A DNA stretch of 64,000 bases from Thermovirgaceae bacterium. GTDB taxonomy: Bacteria; Synergistota; Synergistia; Synergistales; Thermovirgaceae. Positions 57,396 through 64,000 of the stretch are shown here, piece after piece. Made by a program: the position numbers and the translations under genes. The notes under the pieces are model-generated. The model made no database searches. It was given only the letters and a program-made list of their open reading frames with translations, and had not been told where the DNA came from. The stretch's first letter is position 1, and every line of letters begins with the position of its first letter. Location of the stretch: positions 1 through 64,000 of the forward strand of contig JAXGNU010000001.1 of assembly GCA_040767805.1 (NCBI GenBank). The letters run 5' to 3'.

Positions 57396-59057
57396 TCAAT
57401 CCGTCTCCTGCCGATTCGCTTCCAGCAGCGATCTTGCCAGTCCCGCGGCTTCCGGGTCATCGGGGTCGCCCGCTAGCATCCGCGCGAGCTCCCTCTCCCT
57501 CTGTTTTCCTTCGACCTCAAGGACCCTGCTTATATCGCCATCCCTTTCCACCCGGAAGTGCTGGTCGGCCAGGGAGGCGATCGAGGCCTCGTGGGTTATG
57601 AGGATCACCTGGCATCGCCTCGATAGGTCTCTCAGGGTTTGTCCCGCGAGGAAAGCGGAACGTCCACCCAGGCCCGCTTCTACCTCGTCGAATACAAGGG
57701 TTTGCGGAAGCATTTCGTCGGAGGCGGCCGCCTGGAGGGCCAGCAATATCCTGCTGAGCTCACCCCCCGAGGCGATCTTAGAAACGGGGCCTTCGAGGAA
57801 TTTATCGTCGGTAAGGTAAAAGGAAATGCTGTCTGCCCCACTCTGCCTGACCTTCTCCAGGGGCTGCAGCGACACTCCGAACCGAAGCCCTTCCATGGCG
57901 AGACCATGGAGAGAGGCGTTGACCGCCGTCTCGAGCTTCTCGGCGGCTTCTTTCCTGGATTCCCTGAGAGAAAGGGCAAGGGAGGACACCTCCTTTTTCA
58001 GGGAGGCGGACCTTTCCTGCAGCCTAGCAAGGGTCTCGCGGCTGTCCCTGAGCCATTCCAGCTCCGAGTGCACCCTTTCGGCGAAATCCACTAGATCCTC
58101 GGCATTATCGACCTTGGCGTATCTCATCAGTTTTTTCAGACTCCCCAGTCTCTTCTCCAGTTTTTCCTGTTCCTCCTGGAGGGATTGTTCCCTTTCGACG
58201 GAGAAGACGCCTTTCAGCCCACTCTCGATCTCCTGGCTGGATAGCAGGAGCCTCTCTATACTCCCTTCGAGTCCGGGGATCTCGTCCAAACTTTGCCTGG
58301 CCTCATGGCAAAATTGCTCGATGGCGAAGGAAAGACCCTTCCCGGAGCTTCCACCTGTCAGCTTGTCATGGATGAGCCTCACCCGGCCCTGTCTTTTCAG
58401 TTGTTCCGAAACACGGTTCAGATCAGTTTCCCACTCGGACTCACACCCGGGCTTGATACCCATCCTCCTGAACCTCTCAAGAAAGGCTTCACCCTCCTGG
58501 TACCTCGATTCGATCTCCCTTCTCCGGCGGGTGATCTCAAGGAGGTCCCTTTCATTCCCCAGGGCCAGCGAAACCGCCTGGGAAAGGTTTGACCGGATGG
58601 ACCGGAGAGGATCGCCGCCACTGTTATCCAGCAGTTCGGCCTGTTGGTCCGGTTCCAGTAGTTCAAGTTGGGCGAACTGGCTTTGAATGGCTATCACCTT
58701 TGAAAGGGCCCCGGAAAGCGTATTCAGAGGCACTGGCTTCTCCTGAAGGTAAGTTTTAGCCCTCCCGGCCGATGAAACCACCCGCTTGACAAGGATAAAA
58801 CCCTCCTGGGGCTGGAGGTCCTCGGGCAGCGAGGCCAGCGGGGCATCCATTTCCAGGGCGGCCCTGACCTCGGCCTCCTCGACACCGGCCCTGATGATCG
58901 ACGATTGGGCCCTCTTGCCGCTAACCAGTTCAAGAGCCCTGACCAGGCTGCTCTTCCCAGCCCCGCTTTCCCCGGTAATGACGATAAAAGCGCCCCTAAA
59001 ATTGAGAGAGGCCTCTCTTATCCCCCCTACATTGGTCACCATCAGTTCCGAAAGCAT
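57396..59057 (-). CDS. recN: DNA repair protein RecN
   Basis: TGESGAGKS, coiled coil, ASGGELSR, FDEVEAG, ITH, ELARMLAG. Confidence 0.95.
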   Translation of the reverse strand: MLSELMVTNVGGIREASLNFRGAFIVITGESGAGKSSLVRALELVSGKRAQSSIIRAGVEEAEVRAALEMDAPLASLPEDLQPQEGFILVKRVVSSAGRAKTYLQEKPVPLNTLSGALSKVIAIQSQFAQLELLEPDQQAELLDNSGGDPLRSIRSNLSQAVSLALGNERDLLEITRRRREIESRYQEGEAFLERFRRMGIKPGCESEWETDLNRVSEQLKRQGRVRLIHDKLTGGSSGKGLSFAIEQFCHEARQSLDEIPGLEGSIERLLLSSQEIESGLKGVFSVEREQSLQEEQEKLEKRLGSLKKLMRYAKVDNAEDLVDFAERVHSELEWLRDSRETLARLQERSASLKKEVSSLALSLRESRKEAAEKLETAVNASLHGLAMEGLRFGVSLQPLEKVRQSGADSISFYLTDDKFLEGPVSKIASGGELSRILLALQAAASDEMLPQTLVFDEVEAGLGGRSAFLAGQTLRDLSRRCQVILITHEASIASLADQHFRVERDGDISRVLEVEGKQRERELARMLAGDPDDPEAAGLARSLLEANRQETD

Positions 59058-59061
59058 GGGA

Positions 59062-59940
59062 TCACTCCTCGAGAAGGTTGGGCGTTCTGTGTCCCCATTG
59101 GAATTTTTCCTGGAGAAGGGTGAAGAATTCGTTCTCCGGGAGGGTAATGATCCCGATCATCCTGTCCTGGTCAAGGGAGATGGAGATACGGTCCCCGGGG
59201 AGAAGTTCATACCCCAACTGGCCGTCCTGGGTCAGCATGATCTCCCTGTGCTGCCCCGCCGGGGTAATCGTTACCGTGTCCGACTCGCTGAGCACGATCG
59301 GTCTCGAATAGAGCGTGTGGGCGCATATCGGGGTGAGGATCATACAGGACAAGTGAGGGGGAACGATCGGGCCTCCGGCGGAAAGCGAATAGGCCGTTGA
59401 TCCCGTGGGAGTCGCCACTATTATCCCGTCGGCGTGCAACAGGTTCAGCGGCCTTCCGCTGACGGCTATATCAAGGGCGATCATCCTCGCGAAGGGCCCC
59501 TTTGTAACAACGAGATCGTTCAGGGCGTACACTTCGTGTTTATGCCTTTTTCCCCTGGAGACGATGCCGTGCAGCAGGGGCCTCCGGTTTATCGAGTACT
59601 CGCCCGCCATGATCTTCTCCAGGTCCTCCTCGGCGTTTTCTATCTTGCCGCAGGATAGGAAACCTAGACGCCCGACATTGATCCCGTAAAGGGGGATATC
59701 GTGACCTATAACGTAACGGGCGGCCCGGAGGAATGTGCCGTCACCGCCCAGGACAATGGCGGCGTCGACCTTTTCTTTCCATTCCTGGTCCGAGGTTTCC
59801 TGCTCTCCCAGCACATGGGACTCGTGGGGAGGGAGGGCGAAACTGATACCCCGTTCCCTGCCCCACCGAAGGATGCTCTCGGCCAGGGCCAGGGCCGTGC
59901 CCTTCTGGGTATTGACCAAAAGCCCAAGAGTTTCGATCAT
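59062..59940 (-). CDS. nadK: NAD(+) kinase
   Basis: GGDGT, GRLGFL, ALND, ATPTGSTAYSLSAGGP. Confidence 0.96.
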   Translation of the reverse strand: MIETLGLLVNTQKGTALALAESILRWGRERGISFALPPHESHVLGEQETSDQEWKEKVDAAIVLGGDGTFLRAARYVIGHDIPLYGINVGRLGFLSCGKIENAEEDLEKIMAGEYSINRRPLLHGIVSRGKRHKHEVYALNDLVVTKGPFARMIALDIAVSGRPLNLLHADGIIVATPTGSTAYSLSAGGPIVPPHLSCMILTPICAHTLYSRPIVLSESDTVTITPAGQHREIMLTQDGQLGYELLPGDRISISLDQDRMIGIITLPENEFFTLLQEKFQWGHRTPNLLEE

Positions 59941-60797
59941 CCTTGACCCACCCCTTTTGATGCTCTATTTCCCTTGTCTTCCAGAAGTTCGCGGTGTGCC
60001 CTTTCGACCAGGTCCCCGAAGAAGGCTTCGTCGAAATCCGCTGGAGGGATCCCTCCTTTTCTTAAGTGGAACAGGAACTCCATATTCCCGCTGGGCCCTA
60101 GTATGGGAGAAATGTCGGCGCCCATCAAGGCCATCTTATCCATGGCGCCTATAAAAAGACTTAACGAAACCAGGATATTTCTGTGCTGGGCCCGGTCCCT
60201 TATGACACCCTTCCTCCCGACAAGCCCCTTGCCGGCCTCGTACTGGGGCTTGATCAGGACGATACAATCGCCCCCGGGCGCCAGGAGCGCTTCCACGGCC
60301 GGCAGGATCTTGGTGACAGAGATAAAGGATACATCCATGGTGGCTATCTCGGGGACGTCCTGCAGGTGGCCGGGTTCAAGGTACCTGGCGTTGGTCCTTT
60401 CCATGACGACGACCCTCTCGTCGTTCCTCAGGCGCCAGGCCAATTGCCCGTAACCGACATCAACGCAGTATACCCTCTTGGCCCCGCGGCCGAGGAGTAC
60501 ATCGGTGAACCCGCCCGTAGAGGCCCCGATATCAATACAAATTCTCCCCGAAGGATCGACGGGGAATACATCCAGGGCCTTCAGGAGCTTGTAGGCTCCC
60601 CTGCCGGCCCATCGGCGCCCACCCTTGATCTCGATGAGGGCGTCGGGCGATATTTTTACCCCGGGGCTGAGGATCTTCTCCCCGTTCACCCGTACAGCCC
60701 CGCTAAGAACTAGGGCCTGCGCCCGGTTCCTGCTCTCGGCGATTCCCCTTTTGACCATCGCCTGGTCCAGCCTTTCATCAGCCCTTGAAGGCTTCAT
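59937..60797 (-). CDS. tlyA: TlyA family rRNA 2'-O-methyltransferase
   Basis: S4 domain RLD, DIGASTGGFT, DVSFIS, LIKPQYE, GNMEF. Confidence 0.94.
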   Translation of the reverse strand: MKPSRADERLDQAMVKRGIAESRNRAQALVLSGAVRVNGEKILSPGVKISPDALIEIKGGRRWAGRGAYKLLKALDVFPVDPSGRICIDIGASTGGFTDVLLGRGAKRVYCVDVGYGQLAWRLRNDERVVVMERTNARYLEPGHLQDVPEIATMDVSFISVTKILPAVEALLAPGGDCIVLIKPQYEAGKGLVGRKGVIRDRAQHRNILVSLSLFIGAMDKMALMGADISPILGPSGNMEFLFHLRKGGIPPADFDEAFFGDLVERAHRELLEDKGNRASKGVGQG

Positions 60798-62643
60798 AAA
60801 GTTTTAACACCTCTTCCGGGACGAGTCCGCAATGCTCCCATTGTTCGCGGACCGTCCCGTGAGGGATGAACCGGTCGGGGACGCCCTGGCAGGTCACGCA
60901 GGAAGCGATCTTCCCCCGGTCGGCGATAAGTGAAATCTTTTCCCCGATGCCCCCCTCGATATTGCCGTCCTCCAGCACGACGGCAAAGGGGTGCGTACGA
61001 AGGGCCCCCTCAACGGCATCAACATCCAGCGGTTTCAGAAAGCGCAGGTCATAGACGGAAGGTGGTTCAAAACCCATCCTTTCGGCCTCCTTGTAGACCG
61101 AGAGGGCCAACGGGACAGTAGCACCATAGGAGAAAAGGCACCACCCGGTCCCTTCAAGTACCCTTTCGGCCCGGCCCCAGGCTTGCCGGGGGGTATTTCC
61201 TTCACGACATATCGATGCTGGGGCGGCCCCTCGCGGTAACCGTATGGCCAAAGGGGAACTGGCCTCCAGGGCCTCCCGGTAGATCCATTTCAGGTCCTCC
61301 AGGTCCCGGGGGGCCATAACGTTCAGGTTGGGGATCGCCCGGGTCCACGGCAGGTCCAGGACCCCGTGGTGGGTCTCGCCGTCCTCGCCGACCAGGCCCG
61401 CACGGTCTATCGCCAGGATAACGTGGAGATCCTGCATGCAGACGTCATGGACCAGTTGGTCCATGGCCCTCTGGAGAAAGGTGGAGTAGATGGAGACCAC
61501 CGGCAAAAGCCCTGCCGACGCCATACCCGCGGCAAAGGTCAGCAGGTGCCCCTCGGCGATGCCCACATCGAAAAACCTTTCCGGGTACTTTTCCTGGAAA
61601 GGGCCCAGTTTGCTGCCTTCCTTCATGGCTGCCGTGAGGAGGACCACCCTCGGGTCCGAGCCCGCCAGTTCCTCGATGCATGCCGCCGAGGCTTCGCTCC
61701 AACTAACCTGGGAGAGTTCTCCGGGGATGGGTGCCGAAGGGCACGGTGAAAGGCCGTGGTATTTTTCCGAGTCCTCCTCGGCGGGCTTGAAGCCCTTTCC
61801 TTTAGTGGTCAAAAGGTGAACCAGGAGGGGGTAACCGTAGCCCTTCGCCATGGCGAAGATCTTTTCCATCTCTTGGATGTCGTGGCCGTCAAAGGGTCCC
61901 CAGTAGCTTATCCCCAGGTCTTCGAAAATGTTGGGCGGCAGCAGGAACCTCTTCAAGGTCTGCTTGGACCTTTCAAGGAGGGATTCGAGTTTTTCCCCCT
62001 CGGGGACCTTGTGACAGAAGTACTTGAGAAACTTCTTGAACTGCCTGTACATGGGGTTCACGCTAAGAGCGGCAAGGTGGCTGGCCATCCCGCCCACCCT
62101 TTTGCTTATGGCCATCTGGTTGTCATTAAGAATGAAGATGACGGGTGTATCGAGTTCATGGACGTGGTTGAGGGCCTCGAGGGCGAGACCGTTGATGAGC
62201 GACCCGTCGCCGATCACCGCCACGACGTGGTGATCCTGGCGCAGGAGGTCCCTGGCCTTCGCCTGGCCGAGCGCGGCCGATAGTGATTTGCTGCTGTGAC
62301 CTGCGTTGAAGTGGTCGAAAGGGCTCTCCTTGGGATCGGGGAAGCCCGATATACCTTTCCACTTCCTCAGGGTCTTGAACCGGTCTTTCCTGCCCGTGAG
62401 GATCTTATAGGCGTAGGCCTGGTGCCCCACGTCGAAGATGATCCTGTCCTTCGAGGGATCGAAGGATCTCAGCAGCGCAATATTGAGCTCAACGGCCCCC
62501 AAGGAGGAAGCGAGATGGCCCCCGTTGGACTCGACCGTTTGTATGATCATCTCCCTGATCTCCTTCGCCAGGAGGCCGAGCTCGGCGTGATCGAGACCCT
62601 CTAGGTCCCTGTAGTCCACCAATGATCCAAGCAGATCCTTCAT
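60778..62643 (-). CDS. dxs: 1-deoxy-D-xylulose-5-phosphate synthase
   Basis: GGHL, FDVGHQ, GDGS...NDN, DVGIAE, YSTFLQR, DRAGLVGEDGETH. Confidence 0.96.
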   Translation of the reverse strand: MKDLLGSLVDYRDLEGLDHAELGLLAKEIREMIIQTVESNGGHLASSLGAVELNIALLRSFDPSKDRIIFDVGHQAYAYKILTGRKDRFKTLRKWKGISGFPDPKESPFDHFNAGHSSKSLSAALGQAKARDLLRQDHHVVAVIGDGSLINGLALEALNHVHELDTPVIFILNDNQMAISKRVGGMASHLAALSVNPMYRQFKKFLKYFCHKVPEGEKLESLLERSKQTLKRFLLPPNIFEDLGISYWGPFDGHDIQEMEKIFAMAKGYGYPLLVHLLTTKGKGFKPAEEDSEKYHGLSPCPSAPIPGELSQVSWSEASAACIEELAGSDPRVVLLTAAMKEGSKLGPFQEKYPERFFDVGIAEGHLLTFAAGMASAGLLPVVSIYSTFLQRAMDQLVHDVCMQDLHVILAIDRAGLVGEDGETHHGVLDLPWTRAIPNLNVMAPRDLEDLKWIYREALEASSPLAIRLPRGAAPASICREGNTPRQAWGRAERVLEGTGWCLFSYGATVPLALSVYKEAERMGFEPPSVYDLRFLKPLDVDAVEGALRTHPFAVVLEDGNIEGGIGEKISLIADRGKIASCVTCQGVPDRFIPHGTVREQWEHCGLVPEEVLKLYEAFKG

Positions 62644-62670
62644 CCTTCCCGTTCTATCTCTCCGGGGATC

Positions 62671-63606
62671 CTACCGGTCCCTAGCCGCCAGCATCCCCGT
62701 GAACCTTTCCAGGGCTGCCACGTCCCTTCCTATCGCGGAGAGCGCTTTTCGAGCCCTGTATGTTTCTTCCCCGGCCATTCTTTTTGCCTCCTCGAGGCCG
62801 AAAACGCTCACGAAGGTGATCTTTCCCTGGGCGCTGTCCTTGCCGGGCGTTTTCCCCGTCTTAGAGACCCGTCCCGTGACATCGATGATGTCGTCCGCTA
62901 TCTGGAAGGCCGTACCGAGGTGGTCGCCGAACTCAGCGAAGAGCCGCCTCTCCTCGGGCCCCGCTTCCCCAAGGATGGCCCCCGCCTGGACGCAGGCGCT
63001 CAAAAGTACCGCCGTCTTGGACCTCGCGACGGTCCAGGGGTGCTCTTCCCTCGGGCCGGTGCTCAAGGGGTCCGTGTCGAGGACCTGGCCCCCGCAGATC
63101 CCGAAAGGCCCCGCGGCATCGAGGAGTACCCCCAGGGCTTCCAGGATGGAATGACAAGAGAAGGTCCCTCTCGCCAGGAGACCGGCACGGGCGTATTCGA
63201 AGGCCCAAAGGAAGAGGGCGTCCCCCGCCAAAAGTGCCAGGGATTCCCCGAAAACCGCGTGATTGGAAGGTTTCCCTCTTCTCAAGGCGGCATCGTCCAT
63301 TTCAGGGAGGTCATCATGGATGAGGGAAGCGGTATGGATCATCTCACAAGCCAGGGCCATCGGTAGAAGGTCCTCCCGGGTGACCCCGAAGACTTCCCCG
63401 GATAGGATGCAAAGGAGGGGCCTGGTCCTTTTCCCGCCCGCCAAAAGCGAGTAAGTCATCGAATCCCATAACCTTTGGGGAATGCCAGGCGGGTTCTTTT
63501 CACAAAGATCTAGAAGAGCCTTTTCTATAAAAAACCGGCCTTCGGAGATCCTGACCTCCGGATCGTCGTTAGGGGAAGGTCCTTTAGTCGCCATCGGCCG
63601 GTTCAT
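62671..63606 (-). CDS. ispA: polyprenyl (farnesyl) diphosphate synthase
   Basis: GGKRTRP, LIHDDLP..D...RRG, GDAL, GQ, KT, FQIADD, GKTPGKD. Confidence 0.93.
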   Translation of the reverse strand: MNRPMATKGPSPNDDPEVRISEGRFFIEKALLDLCEKNPPGIPQRLWDSMTYSLLAGGKRTRPLLCILSGEVFGVTREDLLPMALACEMIHTASLIHDDLPEMDDAALRRGKPSNHAVFGESLALLAGDALFLWAFEYARAGLLARGTFSCHSILEALGVLLDAAGPFGICGGQVLDTDPLSTGPREEHPWTVARSKTAVLLSACVQAGAILGEAGPEERRLFAEFGDHLGTAFQIADDIIDVTGRVSKTGKTPGKDSAQGKITFVSVFGLEEAKRMAGEETYRARKALSAIGRDVAALERFTGMLAARDR

Positions 63607-63823
63607 CCCTGGAAAGGGGATCCCACTCCCTCCCCTCAGGATCCCCCTGCTCCGCCGAGAGGAGGGTGATCCTCTGTTGAGCCTCTTCCAGGTACTTTTT
63701 GCAGGAATTGACCAACCCTATCCCTCGCTCAAAGAGTTCCAGGGAATCTTCAAGGGGTATTTGGCCCGAGTCCAGCCGCGACACAATCTCTTGCAGTTCG
63801 GCCATATCTTTTGTGAAGGACAT
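63584..63823 (-). CDS. xseB: exodeoxyribonuclease VII small subunit
   Basis: LQEIVSRLDSGQIPLEDSLELFERG..C...LEEAQQRI; start moved to ATG 63823. Confidence 0.92.
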   Translation of the reverse strand: MSFTKDMAELQEIVSRLDSGQIPLEDSLELFERGIGLVNSCKKYLEEAQQRITLLSAEQGDPEGREWDPLSRDEPADGD

Positions 63824-63867
63824 CCCAAGATCACTCCAATCAGAGGGGATTCGCCTGAACGGGACCA

Positions 63868-63918
63868 TGATACAATGAAACGCCATTCTTGCGCTCCCCG
63901 ATCCACCCGTGGTACAAT
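63868..63918 (+). promoter_or_regulatory. tandem extended -10 elements upstream of rpmB
   Basis: TGaTACAAT (63868-63876) and TGgTACAAT (63910-63918); TTGCGC at 63889-63894. Confidence 0.5.
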
Positions 63919-63959
63919 GCTCACCGTTTGCCCGACATGCAGGGACAGGGGGAATGGAA

Positions 63960-64000
63960 ATGGCCAATGTCTGCGATTGTTGCGGAAGAGGCCGGGGCGC
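63960..64000 (+). CDS. rpmB: 50S ribosomal protein L28 (5' part only, truncated by the window edge)
   Basis: MANVCDCCGRG matches the L28 N-terminal CxxCG pattern; SD-like AGGGGG; only 13 codons visible. Confidence 0.7.
   Translation, partial: MANVCDCCGRGRG

Noticed and set aside
59937..60797. TlyA as a haemolysin or virulence factor
   Set aside because: S4 plus methyltransferase motifs and the dxs-tlyA-nadK-recN context indicate a housekeeping rRNA methyltransferase.

Overview
A GC-rich, gene-dense bacterial core-genome window. By inference it is Synergistota-like: it combines Prp with an extended L27, rapZ-yvcK-whiA, a DAP-type MurE, a V/A-type ATPase and amino-acid-fermentation enzymes. 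The plus strand (1-52.5 kb) carries, in order: tRNA-Val(GAC), acpS, nnr, tsaE, tsaB; a five-gene flavin/Fe-S amino-acid dehydrogenase cluster arranged like the archaeal pdhA-F-X-B dye-linked L-proline dehydrogenase; a four-subunit 2-oxoacid:ferredoxin oxidoreductase; an unexplained array of 27-nt hairpins; tRNA-Gly(CCC); a nine-gene V/A-ATPase with a Na+ signature; RNase P RNA with an enlarged P12; the dcw cluster extended by a radical SAM gene and an FtsN-like SPOR gene; pterin-cofactor genes; rapZ-yvcK-whiA; a divergent glycogen-debranching-like gene; and gap-pgk-tpiA. The minus strand (52.6-63.8 kb) carries xseB-ispA-dxs-tlyA-nadK-recN and rplU-prp-rpmA-obgE-nadD-LCP-rsfS. rpmB begins divergently at the right edge. 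I found no intact mobile element, prophage, CRISPR array or defence system. Most of the window is housekeeping. The best candidates for new biology are the PDH2-like dehydrogenase/KOR module, the hairpin array upstream of tRNA-Gly, the radical SAM + SPOR pair after ftsZ, and the altered-pocket GDE-like enzyme. All calls come from motif recognition by eye; no database searches were run.
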